A DNA stretch of 63,118 nt, the filler included, from Choristocarpus tenellus KU-1152 (Eukaryota > Protista > Phaeophyceae), in the NCBI GenBank assembly GCA_964200185.2. It is 11 parts of 11 records of this genome, joined end to end, with 100 filler letters (N's around TTAATTAATTAA, not from the genome) between each part and the next. Parts side by side here need not be neighbours in the genome. Positions count along the whole stretch, not along the records: positions 51,335 to 56,118 come from CAXNAD020013073.1; positions 56,219 to 60,262 come from CAXNAD020016506.1; positions 60,363 to 63,118 come from CAXNAD020025014.1; 8 more parts are not named here. One strand, given 5' to 3'. How positions within the stretch are numbered: position 1 is the first letter of the stretch; each line of letters opens with the position of its first letter. The notes below the pieces were generated by a model. It had not been told where the DNA came from. It did no database searches and saw only the letters and a list, made by a program, of their open reading frames with translations. A program made the translations under genes and the position numbers. Of this stretch, positions 51,725-63,118 are shown in pieces.

Positions 51725-52366
51725 GACAAAGCCAACTCTGAGGCTATCGCCAAAGCAGCCCACCACTGGGGCAAGAGTGAGGCGGCAGAGGCAAAGACCA
51801 GGACGATGACCCAGTTTTGCACAGAGAACAAGGGTGCCACCTCTGTCCCTGACCCGTATTATGGGGGGCCACAGGTGAATTTGTGTGGAAAGACATTTTA
51901 TATTTTATCAACGGGCGTGAAGAAACAATCTACTTTTTTCTCCCCGGAAATTTTGTGTATTTGCATATTTCTCAACAAATATATATATATATATATATAT
52001 TTATATTTATTTATAGTGTGGATAAAATAATGTGCGCGCGCGTGTGTGTGTGTGTGTGTGTAAGTTTTGTTCAAGCCTGCTACTGCCTGTCTGGTTCTTC
52101 TATTGTGTGCCTACCCATGGTGTTGTCTCACTATCAATTGCAATTAATGAAGAAAGAGGTGAGGCGTAGCTCAATGCTTCCTCTTGCCTGGACATACCAC
52201 GGTAAAAAAAGAGCCAGTGTGTACACAATGACTGCTCACAAAAGAGGGGTGAGCTGGCTCTATTGCCGTGCCTAAGGTTTCCCTGCGCTCTATAGCGGTG
52301 GCGGCGGCGGTACTATTGCATTGTCATTTGGAAGAGCTCATCACTTTTGTCATAAATGTTACTGGC

Positions 52367-52401
<35 letters not shown>

Positions 52402-53027
52402 ATTAAAAAAATGGAATTGTTTTATTTATTTTATCTGTGCAATTTTTTTTGTGGTGTGTTGTGACCTACGGTAGAGCCAACCGTACTATTGTCTGCGGTG
52501 AGACGCTCGTTCTACTCTTCCTGTTGCAGAAGGCAAGGTGAAGGGAGAGGGAGCATGGTCCCCCCCACGAGTGGGCAGAGGGCGCTGTGTCATTTATGCC
52601 GAGTCGTAGACTTGACGAGAGATACCGGGAACAGCAGAAAAATAAAAATAAAAATGAATGTCCCGCATAATCTACCATATATTTTTTTAATAGTGCCTTC
52701 CTTGATTCTGATCAGGAGACACCCGCAAACCTTAATTGATGGATGAAATAAATCTCTCTTGAAATAAATCTCTCTTCCTTATTCTCCTTTCGCATCGTCC
52801 ACATACGCATGGCAGAGCAACACAGCAACAAATACAGCAAACTGTGCACGATATGTCCATTGTTACGGATACACGGACTAATTGGCTAGAAAAAAAAAAA
52901 ACTTTGCATGTTTTGTTCTCATATTTGTCGTGTCTTTTCTCCAACGCAGGGATTTGATACGGTGCTGGACTTGCTGGATGACGCCTGCCTGGGTCTCCTG
53001 GAGGCCTGCAGAGGCGACAAAGAATGA
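51725..53027 (+). CDS. Low-molecular-weight protein tyrosine phosphatase, last two exons 51725-51874 and 52950-53027
   Basis: DKANSEAI...MTQFC..VPDPYYGGPQ|GFDTVLDLLDDACLGLL* contains the LMW-PTP DPYY loop and C-terminal helix. Confidence 0.9.
52367..52400. repeat. (AAC)n microsatellite; other SSRs: (GT)n 20271-20312 and 44887-44918, (GA)n 24524-24551 and 51348-51372
   Basis: Directly visible. Confidence 0.9.
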
Positions 53028-55011
53028 TTTTTACCCTGCCGTGAAACGGTTGATAGCGACATGAATCTTAGATGCATGCCATGGATTATACATAATCGAA
53101 TAGAAAAGTTTTTTTTTTAAAGGCAATAAATGTGTATTTTGTCCATTAGTTGTCAAATTTCTTTGTGCTACTTTGCACTCCTTTGGCCAATCCTGGTCGC
53201 TCATGTGTCTTGTGTTCATTCAGTTGCTCCCCTCGCTAACTTTCAGCTCCACTCTTACATGATGCATGCCTAACGGGCAGCAACATCAGACACCTAAGAC
53301 TGCAATTTTTTAAATCGGCTGTTCTTTGACTCCGCACACTCTCTATGCCAATGGCATAATATAGTTGCGTTCTTTGACACAATATACATACATATATATA
53401 TTACATGCGATGTCTTAAAACGTGGAGTTGAATCACAATACTTCGAGCAATGTTGCTAACAATGCATTGCATGATGTCATGCTGACAACTTAACACTTCG
53501 GATAGTGTTGAAACGGAGCTTACTCGTGACTTTCAACACATCACAATTTGTGTTACGATTTCTCATGTGTGTTTCCGCCATTAACGCAACATGTAGTCAG
53601 AACGTTCTGGAATGTGTTGTGCGTGTTTTGGACTGGAGATTTAATGGCATAAAACATGTGGGCTGCATGTGTTTCAAGATCAGAGTGTTTTGGAGACAAC
53701 ACTCTATGTCATACATGTCTTGAACTGGAATGTTACTTGACACAACACAACATATGATGAACTGTGCTAACATCTTGTGCATGTTTGGACTTGAGAGCTT
53801 CTTGCACATAATACAGTAAGTTGTAAGTGCAGACATGAATGACGGATTGCCATTTGTTTTGAGGGGATTCGCAAGGGTCACAATGTGGAAAAAATTCGAT
53901 AGACCGTAGATCAATTAGTTGGTTGTACTTTGATATTACTCTTATGGAGTGATAGTTGGCCCTATCCGAGACAAAGTAAACGAAAGCTACCTTGGTTTTG
54001 GTCATTTTGCATTTCAATCTGTTTAGCGATCTTCTGCAAATCACCCATATTTCTATGGATGAAGTTCTACATTCGACCTGAGAGCATTTATTTTTCTATC
54101 GTTTGAAGTTTTTCCGACACAATTCAGAAAATATCGCATGCACATGTGCTTGAAAGTCAAATTTTCCACATATTGTTCATTATTTGTTCGTATCCTTGAA
54201 AATGCAACTCTGGGTAGCTCGTTGCCATCTGAATATATATTAAGTTCTTGAGATAAAGATCACCTTTGCAAACGGATCATAATCAGTTGTGGCAGTCATT
54301 CAGCCCTGCCCTTTGGTCTAATCGATTTGCTTGGTTTTAGTCTAGTAGGAGATATCAAGTGTTACATATTTATTTATTTGTGTTCCACTCCGAAAGACTT
54401 AGTTACCTAACGCATCCTTCAGATAAGGAGAATTTGACCCCAGGTATTGAACATAGAACATAGTGAATCGGAGGGGTTCAGTTTATTGTAATCGATTAAG
54501 CCTTTTGATTGGTCAATGTATAAATGGGTAGTTTTTTTTTTATAAAGTGAACTGACCTTGTGACTGCCCTTACCCTTGACCATGTCTAGAATGTGTCAAA
54601 CCCATTTTTTTGTTACCCTGGGTTTGCCTACTGACTTGTCATCGCCTCGCCCTCCCACCCATATACACGTACGGCGTATGCATTACGTGTTACTATCATT
54701 ATATTGTTTGCTATAGTTGGATGCTACTGACGAAAGCGCCTACACCATGCTCAACATACATATACCACAAGTTAGACCCTTAAAACTCCACACCCTTCTC
54801 CTAGATAGTACCACCCCAAAGTCAACCACAAAATGAAAGCAGAGAAGCTGCACTGTCGCTCTTATTTATCTGACACTAGGGTAACATTGAATGGGGTTTC
54901 CAACTAAGGGCCTCCTTTCACTGCATCCCCAACATTGTTCTTGGAAGTGTGATTGAGGAGATGCCCCTACTCCATCCTTCTGCCATTCTGGATGACCAAG
55001 GCAACACACCC

Positions 55012-55193
55012 GACTCAAAGTATCTGAGGGGGGTGGAAATGGGTCTACACCAGGGTGTCCATTTGGGTCCTGACCAGGAAAAGTGCACTTGTATTATCCA
55101 TCCGACACATGAAACCAAATCGCCCAAAAAACGCGATTGAAAAATGGGTCCCAAAAGGACTTCCACCACCCTCCCCCCCACATACTTTGAGCT
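55012..55193 (+). mobile_element. MITE family B (~182 bp)
   Basis: GACTCAAAGTATCTGAGGGGG...CCCCCCACATACTTTGAGCT; the interior gtctacaccagggtgtccatttgggtc...aggaaaagtgca is shared with the 23046 copy. Confidence 0.8.
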
Positions 55194-57766
55194 ACCCTAT
55201 GTTCTTCATCATACCCTCAAGGGATATGAGATTGTGAAAAAACTTCCGTACCACCAATCTTGTTGCACACTCTGCCACCATAGTGGTCTCAAGAACTGTC
55301 ATCGGCACTGCTCTACCCCTCAAACCAAGTTGAGAAGTCATAGTAGGCCTCTCTAACCCTTCTACCATGGAAACAATCTCAGAAAACCCTACCCCCACAA
55401 TGTCCACACGAGCATACAGAGCTAGTTGTCATCTTTCGACGAAGGAACAACCTCTACCTCTTCATCCTCGGTCCCTCTTTGCTCACTCAACCCATGACAC
55501 TTCGCTTTCCGTCTGCATCTTTCTGTCCCTAAAACGAATCAAATGACACCAATCTATGATATGATACACATTTTTCTTGCGGTGTCATCGTTTACCATCA
55601 CGCAACAACAACATTGTCATGGATGGGTTCGTCAACCCCCCTGACAAACGTGAAAAATAATTTAGTAGTTATAATTGGTCCATGTGTCCATATTATTTCA
55701 TTATCTGTGTTCAACTTGGCATACCATCATTGAAGAATTACCTCCGTACAGCAAAAGATTTGAAGAGTAAAGTCCTTTTTTTTGGATGGTTTGGTAAGGT
55801 TTCTCTTCGATTTTCCACAGTATTTATGGTCTTTCTACAGGAATGTACAATAAAATAAAACAATAGAAATATGTACTGGAGTATATATTTATTGTAGCTC
55901 CTTGTGCTACAGTGTAGAGCTAAGCTAGGTTGGAGGCATAGGAGGGGGGTAGTGTAGCATAGCTTGAAGTCAAATAGTAAAATAGATGATAGAAAAACGT
56001 CTTTCACGTTTACGACAACCGTTACTTTTTCATGGGCTGTTCTGATTATTAATTGACTTTTGGCTCAAAGTATCTGGGAGGGGGGTAGTGTAGCATAGCT
56101 TGAAGTCAAATAGTAAAANNNNNNNNNNNNNNNNNNNNNNNNNNNNNNNNNNNNNNNNNNNNTTAATTAATTAANNNNNNNNNNNNNNNNNNNNNNNNNN
56201 NNNNNNNNNNNNNNNNNNTGTATCTTGAACATGATATAACCAATCAACACTATGAGTCAGTACATAAAATATATCTGTCACTGGCTCTCTACCCTATCAC
56301 ATAATCCACCAGTGGTGTCAATAGTGTATCAGCAGCACTATCTACGAACATGTAAGGGATGGAGTTCTCTGCAAAGGACCCTGAAGCTAATAGTACTTGT
56401 AATTGTTAGTGGCATTTGGACCTTGTGACTCTGACTGAGCAGACAGGAGATTCCAAACGGTGTGCTGTGTACAGTACGGATGGATGCCTCCAGGGGAGCA
56501 TCAGGACCCGATCGTGTACCCCCTCGTGATATCCTCCCCTGACCTTCTCGAAAGAGTACTCCCACGCCAGGTCATAACCACCCAGTGTCAGGAGATGCAC
56601 ATTGGTTGTGCAATGACTCGGTAGAACAGAGTGCAGTGTGGTGAAAGCAGGACATGCCATATTTTCGAAGAAAGACTTGTCAAACAGAGAGACGTGCGGA
56701 ATTGGGTTAGACACAAACGTCCCCTGGGCAATGACCTGTGCCTCTTGATCTTTCTCCACCTTGGGAAATTCGACATATCTCCTGCTTACCATGCTCTTAA
56801 TTTGGGTAATATGGTGGATAGTCCCCATCGATAGGAGACCCTCAAACAATATCCTCAGTCTGGTTGGCACACTCTAGCTGACAACAAACCAGTGTGTTGC
56901 AACCATTGGGTGCAGAGGATCCCAAGCCAGAATTGCCGGGCACTTGGAGGATGGAAGTTGCGAGTGGTAGATCATTCGAAATGTAAATCAGTATTACAGC
57001 AAAATATGTATGTGCAGTGAAGTTTGCAAGACAAAATGTACACACAAACATACCTTAGAGTAGGCTATGTTTGTATTTCCTCGTTGAAATGCATACCTCG
57101 TCTGACACATGCATGATCAATAGCATGTCTCGAAATATTTTGAGCCAATTTAATGTATACTGTTGAGTACACACAAGTCCCTTTCATTCACAACACTACG
57201 TAGCAAAAGAACTGGTTGATCGCTTGTCCTTTTTTCCTGACGACGGACAACTGACGAGTCCTGCAATGACCAGAGTGATGGACCTGGACTATGGCATTAC
57301 CTTGTATGGGATTATTTTATCTGTGGAGTGACTAATATCACACACGGTAAGGAGTATTGGAATGCATCTTCTGTTCTAAACCAAGAAAGAGAAACTTCGA
57401 TATCCGAATCAACTAAGATACATAGGACCTCTATTGTATCAAGAGGTTTTATGGAGGGTTTAGATTATATATATATATGTTTTAAAAATCAGAATTTCTT
57501 CCCACCGAAAGCACTACTTTTATTTATTTTAAGTAATCGTGAACGTAATCAGGAGTGATATGATATATTACAGCTTCACGTTTCCTTATGTTGTTTGTAG
57601 TAAGTGCAATGAGTTGAAAACGATAATCACAGACCAGTTCGAAAATTTCTTGAGGAGTATCACTTGAATACAACGTTCCTTTTCTTTGCACAATGTATTA
57701 TCTACATAACCACAATACAAGAACGAGGTGAAGTTCTTGTTGTATATAGTACATAATAGCTTATGG

Positions 57767-57962
57767 CTCTGGGGTTGTCCCGTCACAACTTTTGATGTAG
57801 ACATCGGATTTAAAACATAATTGTATATTCGTGATGCCCGTCACAAGGCCCTCCAGAATAGGGGCATCGTGTTTTTTTTCAGGAATGAGCGCTCATATTG
57901 GGGTTCGAACCCTGGATTGTAGGTCACCAAAAGCGGGAACAGATTATTATTACTTGATTAAA
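57767..57962 (+). repeat. ~200-bp direct repeat, copy 1 (copy 2 at ~59968-60181), flanking a transposase
   Basis: ggttgtcccgtca.aacttttga...tattcgtgatgc.cgtcacaaggccctccaga...cgctcatattggggttcgaaccct.gattgtagg...gggaacaga...tattacttgatt is present in both copies. Confidence 0.85.
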
Positions 57963-58017
57963 GTATACCTGGTTAGACCTAACCCTAAACCCAAACGAAC
58001 GACCCAGGGAATGAATG

Positions 58018-59269
58018 CTAAGTATAAATATTACTCTTGTCTCCATCTGCCACCAGGAATTCCGAATGCGCTGGGCGTCTATGAGACTTGTACCTCTTGT
58101 ACTCCTTGTCGGCTTCTGGTCCAGTGGTAGCCGTCTTGAAGTAGACAAGATGGTGCGTGTACGCCCTCTTGCAGTACTTCTGCACGAGCCAAATGGCCTG
58201 CCTATCCTCAGCTGGTTTCAAGCTGAAAGGAACGTTTTTTGGGAGTCCTTCCAAAGAATAGGTACAATGCTGTCGTAGCCAAGTGCTTTGCTCGACCCCA
58301 CACGAGCTCAATGGGGTTGAGCTCACAGTGATACTTTGGGAGTATTAGGCATACCCCTCTGTACCACTCGACAAGAACCTGAAAACTAGGAATGACCTCC
58401 TTGAAGTCCCTCTGCTCTCCAAGCACATGCAACATACTTTTGCTTCGATTCTGTTTCTCTCTGTTCCCCCCGTCCTTCGTTATTATGGGTTCTAACAGCC
58501 CCCTTTCCCACAAAATTTGTTGCATCCCCTTAAGCTTCCCTACATAGTCGATGGCTACCTCCACCTGCTTCGCGACCTCTTCGAAGTAAACGATTTGGTG
58601 GTATCGAAACATCTCCACGGCTGCAGGTGTTATGATCGCTTTCTCCTCTGCCTTGCGAGCCCTTTCGACCTTCTTTCGGGCTTCAGAGCCCTTGTACAGA
58701 AACAACACCAACACCTTCTTCCTCGTTTTCTTAAGCCACTCCTGCTCACATAGCTTCCATATAGTCAGGGCCTGCTGCAACTGTCGACTACTAAGATATT
58801 CTACACCCCGGTTTTCGCTTAGGCGTTTCCTGAGCACAATGGCACGCAGTCGGACTGCTTTCCTCCCCAATCTTCCCTTTGACCGGCCACCGCAGTTCTC
58901 CCTTCGCTCGGAGTGACCAGGCTTCTCCACAGACTTCGTCACTGTACCACCTGGCGATGCAATCACTGCTCTCTTCCTGCGTTCCCGAGGCGGCAGAGGC
59001 TGCAGAGCAGTGCTCTGCATCAGTTGAAGATCCAACCACGTTTGTGTGGTAATGCTTTCAATGCATCTTCTCTCAGCGTCAATGTCACGGCCGCTTGGCC
59101 CATTTCGCGATTTGATCATGCTGCTGCGCAAGATTAAACACACTTGCTCGTCACCTAACATTGCACTGAGAGTCACACGGTACTTGTTTTTCCGTCGCCT
59201 CTCGATAGAGAAGCTGTCCAGGGTAGATTGAGGGGGCAGAGTGGCCTCGGCGGCTCCTTGTTTCACCAT
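58018..59269 (-). mobile_element. IS630/Tc1-mariner-related DDE transposase (PKxHCELNPIE type), frameshifted near the C-terminus
   Basis: GKLKGMQQILWERGL...VLGEQRDF...LILPKYHCELNPIELVWGRAK; a frameshift then continues LRQHCTYSLEGLPKNVP. The first catalytic Asp motifs were not seen. Confidence 0.8.
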
Positions 59270-60882
59270 CGGGGTCCATAGCTGTGTGGGTCACCTGTGT
59301 GTGTGCTCACAGAAAGTCTGCAAAAGGCGTTAAAAAGATGTCCGAGAATCTTGAGTTTTTTTTTCGGTATTGCCACACGCACAACGTTTTGACAGGAGCC
59401 TATTCCGGACCAGATCTTTGCGGGGAATTCAGCCAACCACTTCATTTTTGTACCTTTTGAGATTGTAACTATCAAACTTGGGCCCAGATCTTCCCCTGTG
59501 TTTTTTCCATTCTTTGATTGGGATATAGTTCCCGTTCACTGGAGTTAGTACATTCCTGGATACAAATATTCAACCCCTCTTCGCATAAGTGTTCATTTCA
59601 TATCTATATTGTTGTATACTTCTTGTGGCAAGATAGTGAAAAAAAAGCAAGATTGCTCCAGGACGCTAAGCTATTAGTGCCACTTTAGGAGTATAGTGTT
59701 GGCAGTCACCTCCTGCATCAACTTTGTCGTGCCATAATTTTGATCAACAACGAATTTTTCCATGAAAATTCGTTTGTTGTAATCGCATAATCATGTTTAA
59801 CCATATTTGACGGGTTTGGGTTGGTCAACTTACAGTAATCGTGAGAAATACAGGATCATACTTATAACAAGTAATTCGCGCACGATGTTCGCGCGGGTTG
59901 CCACGCGGAACGCGCACCCATGCATTAAAGGACGATTTTGAAGCTATAGTGGTACCAGTGGCTTCGCCCTCTGAGGTTGTCCCGTCATAACTTTTGACGA
60001 AGATATTGGACTAAAAAAATAAAAGCATATTCGTGATGCTCGTCACAAGGCCCTCCAGAGTACGGGCTTCGTGTTTTTTTCGGCATTTTTCTTTTTTTGA
60101 AGAAAGACCGCTCATATTGGGGTTCGAACCCTCGATTGTAGGCCACAAGAGTGGGAACAGACGCACTATTACTTGATTGAAATAAAGGGTTTATGTGGAA
60201 AGCATGTTTGTCTGTTATTATACCGTATTGCTCGTATGCCATATACCGTTATACCGTGGTACNNNNNNNNNNNNNNNNNNNNNNNNNNNNNNNNNNNNNN
60301 NNNNNNTTAATTAATTAANNNNNNNNNNNNNNNNNNNNNNNNNNNNNNNNNNNNNNNNNNNNGGGGGGAGGGGTAGTCAGAGGAAGGGGGTTCACAACCA
60401 CCCGTTTGAAAAAAAGGTCTGAGAGGGGGGGGGGGGGAAGAGAGATTTGGGGAAAGGCTGGAGTGTGAGAGAGTATGCGATCAAGAACACCAAGTGCGTT
60501 GCTCTGTGCATCCAGCCCCGTTGCGGAACATGCTTAGAAAAAAAAAAATAGCAGTAACCCATGCACCGTGTTTTGTGTGTGTGATTCTTAAAATGTGATA
60601 AGCATAGAATAAAACAAAACTGAACACTTCAAAAGTTGAAAGATATTAATAGTGGAGTACATGGTATGGTCTCTTACCATGATTGCATTGCCCACTAGTG
60701 GTACTGAAAATAGCACCATCCCCTGTTACAGGCATCGTCACCTTGCTAAGTGGTGTCAAGAAAACGTCTTTAACTATTCAATGAAAGGTTGTGTACAACA
60801 CTGTCGGATGATAGAAGAGAGTAAGAGTAACACTGTGTTCTGAGTGATAGAAGATAAGCATGGGTTAATGAACAAGAGCAAT

Positions 60883-61260
60883 GAATAGTTCAGTGATAGG
60901 AAACATTGTAGCAAGCTATCTGTGATGAATAATTTGTGATCAATGGGATAGATCAGTGGCAGGAAACATTGTAGCAAGCTATCGGTGGGGAATAAATAGT
61001 GATCAACAGAATAGTTCAGTGGCAGGAAACATTGTAGCAAGCTATCGGTGGGGAATAAATAGTGATCAACAGAATAGTTCAGTGGAAGGAAACATTGCAG
61101 CAAGCTATCGGTGAGGAATAAATAGTGATCAATGGAATAGATCAGTGACAAGAAACATTGTAGCAAGTTATCTGCGATGAATAATTAGTGATCAACAGAA
61201 TAGTTCAGTGGCAGGAAACATTGTAGCAAGCTATCGGTGATGAACAATTAGTGATAAACA
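60883..61260. repeat. 63-bp minisatellite x6 inside a probable LTR (~60725-61378)
   Basis: Unit gaatagttcagtggcaggaaacattgtagcaagctatcggtggggaataaatagtgatcaaca starts at 60883, 60946, 61009, 61072, 61135 and 61198. Confidence 0.92.
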
Positions 61261-63118
61261 GAACAAGTGATTGCTGGTAATGGAAACCCCTCGATAGGGG
61301 TGAGGCCACTCTTTTCTCAGTCCTTAATCAATATTCTCTCCAGTTCAACAACATATTAATCAATACAATTATTTACACAAGTTATAAAAATAACTTCCTT
61401 AACGAGTAGGAAGGCAAAAGGCAACCCCGTAAGTAGTTGCAAATGCTCAGCACCCTCATAAAGGTTACTTCTGCTAATTCTGGCCTCCATACACAGCATG
61501 TGTGGCATGTAGGGCCAATTACACTGAAGAGTGCAAAATATTTAATTCAAAGCGAAAATATTTCCAACATGCTTTGCATTGATTAATACTACAAAGGAGT
61601 GTTCCATGAACCCCCCAAAAAACACAATGAGATACAGCAGCAAATATACAATACAAAAACCCCCAACAAACAATGTGGGTCTAGGCAGGGGGCGGGGGTC
61701 TTGGAATCAGGGTGTTTCAGGTACAGCAGGCATCAAGGTTCATTCAAGGAGAACAGAAGGAGATGGTAAAGGTACACAAAGCAAATCCTCATGCTAGTCA
61801 TGAACAGAATGAACATCAACAGAGTAGACAATGCAGAAGTATAGAAGACACAGACACAACTCTAAAGATTCAGCATCATCTCAATATGCCAATATGGTCT
61901 CAGAAAGGAGCGGGTTCTCACGTTATGGTCAAGAGCGACGCCAAAAAATATCCCAGCGAGCGCCTTCTAACATGTGCCCTCTTGTCGCGTTGCACATAGT
62001 ACAAGAACGTCGCTGCATACACCGTGCCAGCCAGCCCACCAAAGAGGTTGGTGGTGACGACAGGGAAGAAATCCTCTATCAGGGTCCCATAAACGACCCT
62101 GTCACCAGAGAAAGAAAGAGGGGGCATTCAGCAGTGTTGGAGGGAAAGGCTATCTTATCCTGCAACCGATGCTGCAAACAAGATCGACACCGCTCTTTGC
62201 TCTAGATGGATCACGAAGGCACATCCCGTCCCAAGCAAAATGTTTTGTCTCATTCAGCAACTTCAACACAATAAAACCAAGGTCAACAACTAGTCCTTCC
62301 CTCCACGTGGATCACGAAGACACAACAAACCAGGGGGGATTCCCCTTCGCCGACAGAACCCGGTTTTACCTCGAGAGCACGCGCAGATATTCACAGTGAT
62401 ATTTAATGGGTGAATTCTTTTGTTTCTCTTACTCGGAAATAGGTCAATGGTTGAGACTCTATGCTTACCAATTGGCCCCATCTATCATCATCATACAATA
62501 AGGGGCAATACTCCTCTCCATCACCGACCCGGTGCAGCGAATATCTGAACGGAAGAACGAAAAAGGAAGAGAAAACATCGTAACTGTGCCCATTAGGCTG
62601 CATGAGCTCAGGTTTGGCAATCCGCACACAGGACCGACTGGTTGCAGGACTTTCTGATTGGACAATAGTTCAATACCAACCCGTACCGCACACAACACAC
62701 CAAGCACGTCCTTAGAAGGACTGGCATTTAGCAACAGCGAGGCTGTCATGGCTGCTCCCCCTACTATATTCGCCGCATATATCATTGCGGAGGACAGTTC
62801 TGGTTTGATTCCCAGGTTGAGTTGCCTTCCCTCCGGACTCTTTCTTCCCCTCTCGATCTGCTTTTCCTCTCCAACTTGGGGAATTATTGAACTTTTATCA
62901 CGTGTTCCTTTGAAACTCTTGAAACCAAATTACCCAATCAATTTGTTTTGGTCGTTAAAAGTGTCCATCCAAGTACAGTTGGTATACCTATATAAGAGAG
63001 GGTAGGGGGAAGCAAAAAACCCCTCTCTTATATCCTGATCCTCTCTTATTGGGTATAAGAGTGTGCTTCTCTTAAACCGAGGGATGTGATAAGAGAAACC
63101 TATTTATTATTATGCCCT

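Noticed and set aside
55941-56118. ~40-bp duplication ggagggggtagtgtagcatagcttgaagtcaaatagtaaaa at the contig end
   Set aside because: The second copy is fused to a MITE TIR at a G-run right at the gap, so it is probably an assembly misjoin.
57899-57912. tRNA gene at GGTTCGAACCC (also ~60119)
   Set aside because: Only a B-box-like palindrome is present; no cloverleaf could be folded by eye.
14125-60362. Recurrent TTAATTAATTAA palindrome within N runs
   Set aside because: It is an artificial six-frame-stop linker, not biology.
60883-61260. CRISPR-like array, or the 21-aa repeat protein ORF 60774-61166
   Set aside because: The units are contiguous with no unique spacers, there are no cas genes and the context is eukaryotic. 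The ORF is a by-product of the 63-bp period.
5-63005. Most short ORFs in the supplied track
   Set aside because: They are antisense shadows of exons, microsatellite translations or random intronic frames, often with non-ATG starts.

Overview
Eukaryotic DNA from a fragmented draft assembly: 11 contigs joined by 10 artificial 100-bp N44-TTAATTAATTAA-N44 linkers, so neighbourhoods only mean something within a contig. Intron-rich GT-AG genes, a MEP-pathway IspD and an ASAFAP-like leader suggest a photosynthetic stramenopile, probably a brown alga or relative (inference). Hand-assembled partial spliced genes: TRM5 tRNA m1G37 methyltransferase, SGF29-like tandem Tudor protein, PUM3/Puf6, IspD, DNMT2/TRDMT1 head-to-head with a large secreted cadherin-like repeat protein, and a low-molecular-weight protein tyrosine phosphatase. 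The rest is transposon-rich: two related PIF/Harbinger-like MITE families (whose G-rich TIRs sit at many contig breaks), a plant-type mariner pseudogene, an IS630/Tc1-like transposase between direct repeats, hAT and copia remnants, and a 63-bp minisatellite in a probable LTR. The most unusual locus is contig 46841-51234. There a spliced, decayed ParB/Srx-like + HTH gene and a Cys-rich transposase-like ORF diverge from an AT-rich array of ~273-bp palindrome-bearing repeats, a candidate eukaryotic mobile element with a ParB/parS-like module. All calls come from visual motif recognition; no searches were run.
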